Source: Macrostomum hystrix
Lineage: Eukaryota; Animalia; Platyhelminthes
Direction: 5' to 3'
Assembly (NCBI GenBank): GCA_950097015.1
Contig: CATNEN010000024.1
Location: 2,790,001-2,854,000, forward strand
DNA: 64,000 nt
Shown piece by piece: positions 36,601 to 47,921 of the stretch. The number at the start of each line of letters is the position of its first letter. Within the stretch, counting starts at the first letter, position 1. A program made the translations under genes and the position numbers. The notes beneath the pieces were generated by a model. That model had not been told where the DNA came from, did not search any database, and saw nothing but the letters and a program-made list of their open reading frames with translations.

Positions 36601-39600
36601 AGACAGACATGTAGGCAGACAGACATGTAGTCAGACAGGCAGGTAGGCAGACAGACAGGTAAGCAGACAGACAGGTAGGCAGACAGGCAGGTAGGCAGAC
36701 AGACAGGTAAGCAGACAGACAGGTAGGCAGACAGACAGGTAAGCAGACAGACAGGTAGGCAGACAGACAGGTAGTCAGACAGACAGGTAGTCAGACAGAC
36801 AGGTAGGCAGACAGACAGGTAGGCAGACAGACAGGTAGTCAGACAGACAGGTAGGCAGACAGACATGTAGTCAGACAGGCAGGTAGGCAGACAGACAGGT
36901 AAGCAGACAGACATGTAGTCAGACAGACAGGTAGGCAGACAGACAGGTAGTCAGACAGACAGGTAGTCAGACAGACAGGTAGGCAGACAGACAGGTAGTC
37001 AGACAGACAGGTAGACAGACAGACAGGTAGGCAGACAGACAGGTAGTCAGACAGACAGGTAAGCAGACAGACAGGTAGGCAGACAGACAGGTAAGCAGAC
37101 AGACAGGTAGGCAGACAGACAGGTAGTCAGACAGACAGGTAGTCAGACAGACAGGTAGGCAGACAGACATGTAGTCGAACAGACAGGTATTCAGACAGAC
37201 AGGTAGGCAGATAGACAGGTAGTCAGACAGACAGGTAGACAGACAGACAGGTAGTCAGACAGACAGGTAGTCAGACAGACATGTAGTCAGACAGACAGGT
37301 AGTCAGACAGACAGGTATTCAGACAGACAGGTAGGCAGATAGACAGGTAGTCAGACAGACAGGTAGTCAGACAGACATGTAGTCAGACAGACAGGTAGTC
37401 AGACAGACAGGTAGTCAGACAGACAGGTAGGCAGATAGACGGGTAGTCAGACAGACAGGTAGTCAGACAGACAGGTAGTCAGACAGACAGGTAGTCAGAC
37501 AAGCTGGCGGCAACTCACTGGCAGTGCACAAGGCCTTGTCCTCGTCGTAGCCGTCCTCGCAGTCCTGGCGGCCGTCGCAGATGAACGAGAAGGACAGGCA
37601 CTGGCCGCTCTTGCAGGGCCAGGGCGCAGTCTTGGGGCAATCGTTGCCGAGGGCATTGCCTGTGGGTGGTGTGTGGACTAAAGAGTCTCAAATCAATGCC
37701 ATCTAATATTTTTAAGCCGTATTTTGTTACTTTTGTGTAGGAGCGAAGATTGGCGAATAATTAGAGTTAATGATTGCATTAATTATAGTGCACTCAGTGA
37801 GCAAGCTTCATTTGCTAAAGCACTTGCAATGGTGCAGTTTGGACGAGTTAAGACGAAACGCGAAATAGCTCAAGCTTTAAACATCATACAGATTGAGTCA
37901 GGTGCATCACACCTAAACTGAAGGAATAACATTTATACTGATGTGATAAAATCCCCATTCAGGAGATAAAATTTCCAGGGACACGATAACGGGATAATAC
38001 AGGAAGTGAGATTGCAATGCATGGGCCTTATAGCATACAAACTGAGAGGATAGAACTTTAATAAAAATTTGGTATAAACTCACAAAATAAACGCCTTTAA
38101 CAGTAGAAATACCACTCTATTCCTCCCCTGTAGAGAGACTACGGGGTATTTCAAATACCCACAGCCTATTTCACGACAACTCCCAAACCGAATGACCGAA
38201 TTTCATGAAAGTCCACCATATGGATCAAAATTTTCCACCCTTTACCATAAACTAACTTTTTAAACCATCCAACGTCAGCATCATCGAGATATTGTCGACC
38301 CTGGTGACAAATACAACTAACATTGCTCAGTAGGAACCTATATAGCAAAACCATATTTAAAAAAACAACAATAACAATATAATAAACAATAATGGCATGG
38401 TTACATGAGCAGAAGAATGTCTAGACAATTGGTGGCTTTTGCCACCAGACACCCCGAGGAGAATCGTCCTCATCTATAGAGCTATCTCCAGGGCCCACGG
38501 CAACTACTGCGCCCCTGTCTGGGCGCCTTACCTCAGCCCCACTAGCTGGGCGCTGATCCAGACCGTGCAGAACGCAGCGCTCGGCATCATTAACGGATGC
38601 CACAGCTGCTCGGGCATTAATCTGCATCTCCATAACGAATGTACAATCCTGCCGGTGTCCCTTCACTCCGAACTCCTGTCAGCGCAGTTCTGGGTGCAAG
38701 CGCTTCACCCGTGCCATCCGTGTCATCACCTCTCGCTCGATCCCGCAGCTTCGCTCCTCGCTCGCCACTTACGCCAGTAACTTCCTCAAAGTGCACCAGC
38801 CGCTCCTCTGCCCTTCAGTGGGTCCGCTCTCTGTCTGCCAGCTCTCCAAAGCCCTCCACACTGCGTGAGTGCAAAAACGCTTGATGGATCGGCAACGAAA
38901 TCGGGTCCTCGGCGTGCCTCCGCCAATGATTGACGCGTCGGAGACTCAACTGCCGCATTTTGCTAGTGTGACGCTTGCTCAACTACGGTCAGGCTTCTGC
39001 TCTCACCTTGTCAGTTACAAACACCGCCTCGACCACCAGCCCGCGGTGCCATGACGAGGAGGATTCGGTCGCGCATCTTTTCGCCTGCCCGGCTCGCCCT
39101 ACCTCGCTCACCCCGCTGGATTTCTGGTCCCAGCCCAAGATCGCCTAGCTCGCCCTACCTCGCTCACCCCGCTGGATCTCTGGTCCCAGCCCAAGATCGC
39201 CTAGCTCGCCCTACCTCGCTCACCCCGCTGGATCTCTGGTCCCAGCCCAAGATCGCCTAGCTCGCCCTACCTCGCTCACCCCGCTGGATCTCTGGTCCCA
39301 GCCCAAGATCGCCTAGCTCGCCCTACCTCGCTCACCCCGCTGGATCTCTGGTCCCAGCCCAAGATCGCCTAGCTCGCCCTACCTCGCTCACCCCGCTGGA
39401 TCTCTGGTCCCAGCCCAAGACCGCCCGGCTCGCCCTACCTCGCTCACCCCGCTGGATCTCTGGTCCCAGCCCAAGACCGCCTGGCTCGCCCTACCTCGCT
39501 CACCCCGCTGGATCTCTGGTCCCAGCTCAAGACCGCGTGGGCCCTATTCGCCGAGCTCTTCCCCGGAGAAAGTACTGGCCCCGGCCCGCCGAGACAAGGT

Positions 39601-39605
39601 TAACA

Positions 39606-39652
<47 letters not shown>

Positions 39653-40359
39653 AATTGTTGAATATCTCGACGATGCCAATGTTTTGTGACCTCTGTAAGT
39701 TGTTTCATCGAATAGAGCGGAAATTTTAGCCCGTGTTCTGGATTTTCATAACACAGTGATTCGAGTGAGACACAAAACTTGCTACATTTTTTCATAAAAT
39801 TTCATAAGTTTTCATTTTGTTACCAAGTTCAGCAGCAGCGAATGGCGATGAAACAGCTGGTATTGAATTGGACAAGAAGGACAGATTTCCAATGAAAGTT
39901 TTGCTTTTTCAATTATATTTCTAAAGCATGAATATAATGTCTATAAGTGAGGATTTCTGATGGCTTCCATTAAGGCTTCCTAAAACACATATAAACAAAT
40001 GCGAGTTGGTGCTCCTATGCTCAAGTGTTACATGGTGATAGGAAGACCTACAGAAAGTGAGGTTTGCAGGCAAAAGTGCAGACGTGAGTCCTTACCCTTC
40101 CTGACGAGCTGGCGGTAGCAGGAGACGGAGGCCAGCAGGCCGAAGATCAGGGCGGCGACGGAGACGAGATTTGTCGCTGAAAGTCAGATGCGATAAAGTA
40201 GTGGGGCAGGGATTTATTTGGCAACTCGTGGCGGCTATATCAGACATCCCACATCGCCACTTCAACCCAGCACTAAAAACTGCATCAAGCGATGATGAGA
40301 ATTCGACCGTAGGGCCAGTTTTTTAATAAATGCCAAAGAAACTCACCGTTCATTCTCAT
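30644..40359 (-). CDS. Prohormone-4 / IDLSRF-like peptide precursor homologue: secreted LDL-receptor class A domain protein (185 aa)
   Basis: Five phase-1-linked exons: 40359-40347, 40176-40096, 37659-37519, 34708-34595, 30852-30644 (558 nt, in frame). Translation: MRMNATNLVSVAALIFGLLASVSCYRQLVRKGNALGNDCPKTAPWPCKSGQCLSFSFICDGRQDCEDGYDEDKALCTAKDRPANVILKSFIGRFHSWLIPNILGEGTPDDLAKQLTEQRNVRDYVKAVGLSPEQQRNLVRTMEYARDGRILDLIMDGMPEEAYREAYALFGRIVQSGFLGSEAAN. It has a signal peptide, an LDLa domain (CDG..DC.DG.DE...CTA..RP) and a C-terminal ...GFL motif like insect prohormone-4 as I recall it. A probable non-coding first exon ends at a gtaagt donor near 41140. Confidence 0.85.
30866..33735. repeat. Two-subtype minisatellite, 34-35 bp unit with a GTGAGTCATCAGGG core (about 80 units), in the last prohormone-4 intron
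   Basis: Subtype 1 (about 11 units, GTGAGTCATCAGGGGAAATGGGGGCTATTGTGCG) to about 31240. Subtype 2 (about 71 units, GTGAGTCATCAGGGAAGTGTGGCTGCTACTGCACA) after that. Confidence 0.96.
34775..35470. repeat. Compound minisatellite: 41-bp unit followed by a related 21-bp unit (TTGATCTACGAGTGTCATTCC)
   Basis: GCCAATTCTT recurs every 41 bp (34832, 34873...). From about 35145 the period is 21 bp. Confidence 0.9.
36205..37500. repeat. (GACA)n-derived minisatellite, about 16 bp unit (AGACAGACAGGTAGTC)
   Basis: Purine-rich tandem array about 1.3 kb long, ending about 18 bp from the exon 3 donor of the prohormone-4 gene. Confidence 0.95.
38165..38345. repeat. Dispersed repeat, copy 2 (inverted relative to about 305-505)
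   Basis: The reverse complement reads tttgtcaccagggtcgacaa...gctgacgttggatgg...ggtaaagggtggaaaattttgatccatatggtggactttcatgaaattcggtcatt, matching copy 1. Confidence 0.65.
38425..39648 (+). mobile_element. 5'-truncated, frameshifted non-LTR retrotransposon (LINE ORF2 C-terminal region), antisense in prohormone-4 intron 2
   Basis: Translations LIYRAISRAHGNYCAPVWAPYLSPTSWALIQTVQNAALGIINGCH...HLHNECTILPV..HSELLSAQF (post-RT thumb region) and TLAQLRSGFCSHLVSYKHRLD...HLFACPARPTSLTPLDLWSQP (C-terminal Cys/His region) are typical of LINE ORF2 ends. The element ends in a (CA)n tail at 39603-39648. Clade not determined. Confidence 0.85.
39093..39540 (+). repeat. 56-bp tandem repeat (8 copies) made from LINE ORF2 3' coding sequence
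   Basis: CTCGCCCTACCTCGCTCACCCCGCTGGATCTCTGGTCCCAGCCCAAGATCGCCTAG starts at 39093, 39149, 39205 ... 39485 and encodes RPTSLTPLDLWSQPKIA. Confidence 0.95.
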
Positions 40360-41474
40360 GGCCGCTTTGGGACTGTCTCAACTGGTTTAAATGCTCAACT
40401 GCAGAGAGCAGGGAGGGATAAAACTAGCAGGGATAAAAACTGATCCTGTGACTCCGGATGAGGCGATTGCGGACCGATGGGAAGGCGCCCCTGTCGGATG
40501 CTGACGGGTGGTTCATTTTATCCCCTACCCAATTCCATCCTCATGGTCACTCGGTCTGGGAGGATTTGATCGGGCCCTCCTAGTTGCCATTGGATGCAGT
40601 GGAAGCAACCTGTGCGGCAAAATTGGGGATGAGAATAGACCGGGCGAAATCCCACTCGTCTGGGTCCCGGCCACGCATCCTCTCCTCGTGGGAAGGCTGT
40701 GGCCAATAGCTTGTGGGGAGCACTGCTTCTTTGAGTGCGACGACTGCAGCTAAAATATGGCATAAAAAAGTTCCACAAAGAGGATTCTGGGCGATTAGAG
40801 AAAGAATTATTAAACGATGAGATGGACAGGGGATAATATAAAGAGAAAATGGACAAGTATAATGGACGACCATTCTCAGAAAAGCTTGGTCTTAATTTTC
40901 ATTCTAGCCCATAAACATTTTAAGCTTAAAACAGACTCAGCTGCAGCAATTGAGAGCGGCGTGACTTAACTACCCTGGCTCATTCTCTCGTCAGTTAAAT
41001 GCGGTTCCGAGAGTCCAATTGAAGCGGCCGAAATTGGAAATGAATTCTATATAGTCATAGGGTGGCATTGGCTACCGATAGATGAAAAAATAGAGAGCCT
41101 GCAATAATGGCGCAGCTTTCATCTCAGCTTATCCACTTACGTAGGTGGCGTCCGATACCTGACTAGAGCCCGTCAAGTCTATCCTTATAGCCACTCTTAA
41201 TTTGGAAAATGGATCGGTTGTGTTTATGCGTGTGTGTGCGCCAGAGTCCATCATCAACGTTCGCTGCATTGGCCTTACTATTTTCCTAGATAACTGCAAA
41301 ATTGACACAGCATACAATTAATGCCTCGCTCGGGCACGCGTTTTGACCGCGCGCGAGAGACGACCTTAGGGAGCGAAAATCTAACCAATGATGAGACATC
41401 AAGGAGAGAACTCAAGGTCGAAATGTCCACTTTCAAATTTTAATTATAATTATTAATTAATAATTGATTAAACC

Positions 41475-41645
41475 TGCCCCAATTAGGCCATATGTGCAGC
41501 CGACAGCACAGCCGCAGCTATTGCGCCGCGCATCTGAAGGCTGCGTACAGCTGCAGCTGTTCAGTCCATAGACTGGGGGACGCCACACCCACCTTCAATT
41601 ATCCAAGCTAATGCTGGTACCCATTTAGCAGTTGGGTGAACTAAG
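41475..41645 (-). mobile_element. CORE-like SINE family B, 5'-truncated copy
   Basis: ccacatatgtgcagccgacagcacagccgcagctattgcg...ttcagtccatagactgggggacgccacacccaccttcaattatcc...ctggtacccattt...gggtgaact aligns with 25440-25600. Confidence 0.85.
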
Positions 41646-42419
41646 GATTAACGATAGAAATATTTTTGTACAATCAAATATGTCATCAAGAACATTGAAA
41701 TGTCGAAATTCGGGACAAATTTTCGACTTTTTAAAGCTTTTCTGACTTCGGTTGAGCGAGACTACGCTACGATACAAACAATGCTAGTCAATCTCATGTT
41801 TTCCAACTACGAAATAAAACAGAACTCTTCACTTGGAAATATATTTTGAAGAAGTAGTACGCCATGCATAGCAGAGGCGAAGTACAATTCAACGAAACAA
41901 TGACCTGCCTGCCAAAAATGCATTGTGCAGTGCAGCCGGCGGGAAATGCGATTGAAGAAAACGGCACACAGAACTAAAAGCAGAAAGCAGAGCGAAAAAC
42001 GCCGTCTACTGCTGATGCTATTGGTGCATTATTGTTGAAGCAGCTAGCTAAGTGCCAGCGCACGTATGCGTCGTTCTGGCGGCTTGTGTTTACTTCCGCC
42101 ACGCACGCGTGTAGCTCCAGTTATGCTTAATCCGATTTTTTGTGGCCAGAAAAAAATATTTTTCATTAAGCTTAGACAAAGCCTTAGAAGTGAACGGCGT
42201 TCTATGCTAGCTTGATTAGCCAATTATAATACAGTTTGTGTTAACATGACAAATGTACAGCGATAAACAAACATGATGGAAGAGATCAGTTTGCATTTCG
42301 CTATGAGCAGCTAATCGTGCAATTATTTGAGTCCACATACAGCTCGTACATTACCGGAGATACCTGGATAAAAAACTATTCTTAAGCCGTATTCATACAT
42401 TTGAGGGGTCCTTGACACT

Positions 42420-43640
42420 CCATCATTAAAAAAAGATGACCATCCTTGATGAAGCTTCAACATTAAGATAAAGATATTTGATGGCAATACATCATCAAGA
42501 TAACTATCCTTGATGACAATCCAATGTTTAAACAAGACGACGATCCTTGATGACAATCAAACGTTAAAACAATACGATGGCAATACATCATTAAAACAAG
42601 ATAACGACCCTTGATGGCAATCCATCATTAAAACAAAACGATTACTCTTGATGACAGTCCATCCTTATCCATCATTAAGACAGAACTACGATTCTTGATG
42701 ACAATCCATCATTATAACAAGATAACGATCCTTGATGGCAATCCATCATTATAACAAGATAACGATCCTTGATGGTAATCCATCATTAAGACAAAACGAT
42801 GATTCTTGATGACAATCCATCATTAAAAGAAGACAACGACTAGTGATGGCAATCCATCATTAAAAGAAGACGACGATCCTTGATGGCAATCCTTCATTAA
42901 AAGAAGACGACGATCCTTGATGGCAATCCTTCATTAAAAGAAGACAACGATCCTTGATGGCAATCCATCATTAAAAGAAGACGACGATCCTTGATGGCAA
43001 TCCATCATTATAACAAGATAACGATCCTTGATGGCAATCCATCATTATAACAAGATAACGATCCTTGATGGCAATCCATCATTATAACAAGATAACGATC
43101 CTTGATGGCAATCCATCATTAAAAGAAGACGACGATCCTTGATGGCAATCCATCATTAAAAGAAGACGACGATCCTTGATGGCAATCTAACATAAAAAGA
43201 AGACGACGATCCTTGATGGCAATCCATCATTAAAAGAAGACGACGATCCTTGATGGCAATCCATCATCAAAAGAAGACGACGATCCTTGATGGCAATCCA
43301 TCATTAAAAGAAGACGACGATCCTTGATGGCAATCCATCATTAAAAGAAGACGACGATCCTTGATGGCAATCCATCATCAAAAGAAGACGACGATCCTTG
43401 ATGGCAATCCATCATTAAAAGAAGACGACGATCCTTGATGGCAATCCATCATTAAAAGAAGACGACGATCCTTGATGGCAATCCATCATTAAAAGAAGAC
43501 GACGATCCTTGATGGCAATCCATCATTAAAAGAAGACGACGATCCTTGATGGCAATCCATCATTAAAAGAAGACGACGATCCTTGATGGCAATCTATTAG
43601 TAAAGCAAGACGACGATTCTTGATGACAATCCATTGTTAT
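42420..43640. repeat. Minisatellite, 37 bp unit (GACGACGATCCTTGATGGCAATCCATCATTAAAAGAA)
   Basis: About 32 units, homogeneous in the centre and degenerate at both edges. Internal inverted repeat TGATGG-CAAT-CCATCA. Confidence 0.95.
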
Positions 43641-44286
43641 GAATTTATGACGCTTGATAAAAAATGAATTAACCGATGATGATGCACAATTAGGACAAAC
43701 GTATTATTAACTATTCCCTCTCAAAGTTTCACTTATTCTATAGCGAGATTTGTAATTCCAAATGAAAATAACGGAAGTCAATTTGGACACAATTGTGGCT
43801 TTATTGGCTAGTGCGCAAAAGGGATAAAGGAGCATATTATCGTACCCAATCCCACAAAAACATAAGCGACGTTATCGCAGGCGAATCAGAGAGATCATCA
43901 ATAAATATATGTATGCATATGCTATAGTTGAAGTAAACAATTTGTATGTTTATCATCTGGTGCTGATCAAATACTTAGAACACGAGCAGGGTAAAGTTTA
44001 GGCAGTTCTTTGTAACTTGAACGATGGTAAATTGTCAATTTATCACAAATAGAAGATAAAAGTTGAAGTTTCAGATTTCAAACTGACTCTTACAAGTCCT
44101 CTGAATAGCAACATACACGTTTAACAAATTCGAAGACAAATGAGAACTTTAATGACTGTCAGAAAACTACAAAAAACCATCCACTTTAGAGAGCTAAAAG
44201 AGATTTAACATGCGGATATAAAACTTAATCAAACAAAGAAAAACCTACTTAACCAATAACAAAAGGACTGATAATTAATAAAAACA

Positions 44287-45450
44287 TACAGACTGAATGG
44301 TTATCCAACCTACGGACTGAATGGTTATCCACCTACGGACTGAATGGTTACCTACTACAGACTGAATGGTTATCCACCTACAGACTGAATGGTTACCTAC
44401 TACAGACTGAATGGTTATCCACCTACGGACTGAATGGTTATCCACCTACAGACTGAATGGTTATCCACCTACAGACTGAATGGTTACCTACCTACAGACT
44501 GAATGGTTATCCACCTACAGACTGAATGGTTATCCACCTACAGACTGAATGGTTATCCAACCTACAGACTGAATGGTTATCCACCTACAGACTGAATGGT
44601 TATCCACCTACAGACTGAATGGTTATCCAACCTACAGACTGAATGGTTATCCACCTACAGACTGAATGGTTATCCACCTTCAGACTGAATGGTTATCCAC
44701 CTACGGACTGAATGTTTATCCAACCTACAGACTGAATGGTTATCCACCTACGGACTGAATGGTTATCCACCTACAGACTGAATGGTTATCCACCTACAGA
44801 CTGAATGGTTATCCAACCTACAGACTGAATGGTTATCCACCTACAGACTGAATGGTTATCCACCTTCAGACTGAATGGTTATCCACCCACAGACTGAATG
44901 GTTATCCACCTACAGACTGAATGGTTATCCACCTTCAGACTGAATGGTTATCCACCCACAGACTGAATGGTTATCCAACCTACGGACTGAATGGTTATCC
45001 ACCTACAGACTGAATGGTTACCTACTACAGACTGAATGGTTATCCACCTACAGACTGAATGGTTACCTACTACAGACTGAATGGTTATCCACCTACAGAC
45101 TGAATGGTTATCCACCTACAGACTGAATGGTTATCCACCTTCAGACTGAATGGTTATCCACCCACAGACTGAATGGTTATCCAACCTACGGACTGAATGG
45201 TTATCCACCTACAGACTGAATGGTTATCCACCTACAGACTGAATGGTTATCCACCTACAGACTGAATGGTTATCCACCCACAGACTGAATGGTTATCCAA
45301 CCTACAGACTGAATGGTTATCCACCTACAGACTGAATGGTTATCCACCTACAGACTGAATGGTTATCCACCTACAGACTGAATGGTTATCCACCTACAGA
45401 CTGAATGGTTATCCACCCACAGACTGAATGGTTATCCACCTAATGGTTAC
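44287..45450. repeat. Minisatellite, 23-24 bp unit (ACAGACTGAATGGTTATCCACCT)
   Basis: About 50 units. Confidence 0.95.
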
Positions 45451-45864
45451 CCACGAATCTGACAGCTAAAGAGAAGGACTGGGTTCACTGCTGAACAATG
45501 TCCACTATTAGATATTATTGTGTCTAGGTGATTCAATTAAAAAAACGTGCATCACAAAACAAATACAGAAAAAAACTAATGAATAAAATTAAGATAAAGA
45601 TTTTATTAAGCCAATTTATTCACACAGGAAAATATTCCTAAAATTTAAGGAGGATCAATCAATGCAGCAGTTGATAACAGACAATAGATTGTTAGTTCAT
45701 TGGGCTTTAAGCAATAGGCAAGCATTCATACTACAAATTGGTAGACTAATAAGGCATCATTCGGTCTGCGCCTGAATAAACCAAGAAAAAAACTGGAATG
45801 AAACATCAACCGCAGATCAAGATGCAAAACGATAGTAAATCAGAAATTAATTATTCATACAAAG

Positions 45865-47585
45865 TGAGGGATTTAAAGGACCAAAATGAGGGATTTAACA
45901 GCCGATTTGTTGGACCAAAATGAGGGATTTACCAGCCGATTTGTTGGACCAAAATGAGGGATTTACCAGCCGATTTGTTGGACCAAAATGAGGGATTTAC
46001 CAGCCGATTCGATGGACCAAAATGAGGGATTTACCAGCCGATTTGTTGGACCAAAATGAGGGATTTAACAGCCGCTTTGAAGGACCAAAATGAGGGATTT
46101 AACAGCCGATTTGTTGGACCAAAATGAGGGATTTACCAGCCGATTCGATGGACCAAAATGAGGGATTTAACAGCCGATTTGTTGGACCAAAATGAGGGAT
46201 TTAACAGCCGATTTGTTGGACCAAAATGAGGGATTTACCAGCCGATTCGATGGACCAAAATGAGGGATTTAACAGCCGCTTTGAAGGACCAAAATGAGGG
46301 ATTTAACAGCCGATTTGTTGGACCAAAATGAGGGATTTACCAGCCGATTCGATGGACCAAAATGAGGGATTTAACAGCCGCTTTGAAGGACCAAAATGAG
46401 GGATTTACCAGCCGATTTGTTGGACCAAAATGAGGGATTTACCAGCCGATTTGTTGGACCAAAATGAGGGATTTAACAGCCGCTTTGAAGGACCAAAATG
46501 AGGGATTTAACAGCCGATTTGTTGGACCAAAATAAGGGATTAAACAGCCGATTTGTTGGACCAAAATGAGGGATTTACCAGCCGATTCGATGGACCAAAA
46601 TGAGGGATTTAACAGCCGCTTTGAAGGACCAAAATGAGGGATTTACCAGCCGATTTGTTGGACCAAAATGAGGGATTTACCAGCCGATTCGATGGACCAA
46701 AATGAGGGATTTAACAGCCGCTTTGAAGGACCAAAATGAGGGATTTAACAGCCGATTTGTTGGACCAAAATGAGGGATTTACCAGCCGATTCGATGGACC
46801 AAAATGAGGGATTTACCAGCCGATTTGAAGGACCAAAATGAGGGATTTACCAGCCGATTTGAAGGACCAAAATGAGGGATTTACCAGCCGATTTGAAGGA
46901 CCAAAATGAGGGATTTACCAGCGGATTTGAAGGACCAAAATGAGGGATTTACCAGCCGATTCGATGGAACAAAATGAGGGATTTACCAGCCGATTCGATG
47001 GACCAAAATGAGGGATTTAACAGCCGCTTTGAAGGACCAAAATGAGGGATTTACCAGCCGATTTGTTGGACCAAAATGAGGGATTTACCAGCCGATTTGT
47101 TGGACCAAAATGAGGGATTTAACAGCCGCTTTGAAGGACCAAAATGAGGGATTTAACAGCCGATTTGTTGGACCAAAATAAGGGATTAAACAGCCGATTT
47201 GTTGGACCAAAATGAGGGATTTACCAGCCGATTCGATGGACCAAAATGAGGGATTTAACAGCCGCTTTGAAGGACCAAAATGAGGGATTTACCAGCCGAT
47301 TTGTTGGACCAAAATGAGGGATTTACCAGCCGATTCGATGGACCAAAATGAGGGATTTAACAGCCGCTTTGAAGGACCAAAATGAGGGATTTAACAGCCG
47401 ATTTGTTGGACCAAAATGAGGGATTTACCAGCCGATTCGATGGACCAAAATGAGGGATTTACCAGCCGATTTGAAGGACCAAAATGAGGGATTTACCAGC
47501 CGATTTGAAGGACCAAAATGAGGGATTTACCAGCCGATTTGAAGGAACAAAATGAGGGATTTACCAGCCGATTTGAAGGACCAAG
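45865..47585. repeat. Minisatellite, 34 bp unit (GGACCAAAATGAGGGATTTACCAGCCGATTTGTT)
   Basis: About 50 units with four recurring end variants (GATTTGTT, GATTCGAT, GCTTTGAA, GATTTGAA). Confidence 0.95.
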
Positions 47586-47921
47586 ATTATTAGGAAAATG
47601 CCAGAAAATACATGCGCTACACTACTGCTGGCCGGGAGTAGTTTATAAAGCACACACTAACCCAAAATTTATCTAGTAGGATATTTCCAATTTGAAACTT
47701 AGTTATTTAATTGATACAAAAAACTAAGCAATTGAAACATTTTCTTCCACAAAAAACGTCCAAATCAATCACGCGAAAAAAACAGATGATAATGCTCTAT
47801 AAAATAGTAAATTGACAAATAGGTTATCACACGACAGGCACCTGTGTCCTAGCGCACTAGTGAGTCAGTCTTAGCATAAAAAGGAACACAAAAAACAGAA
47901 CGCTTGCTTTAGTATCATTAG

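Noticed and set aside
37840-37864. Hammerhead-ribozyme-like string GGACGAGT-TAAG-ACGAAACGCG
   Set aside because: The CUGA core is broken (UGGA), and the conserved U-H cleavage triplet after the CGCG palindrome is absent (AA). At best a dead remnant.
44287-45450. DnaA-box-like TTATCCAC in every 23-bp unit
   Set aside because: The last base is mismatched (C, not A) and the locus is eukaryotic. Coincidental.
42420-47585. CRISPR-like arrays (23-37 bp repeats, one palindromic)
   Set aside because: Units are head-to-tail with no unique spacers, there are no cas genes, and the context is eukaryotic.
45865-47585. Rel/NF-kB-like GGGATTTACC in many 34-bp units
   Set aside because: It deviates from GGGRNWYYCC, many units carry GGGATTTAAC instead, and nothing indicates preferential retention.
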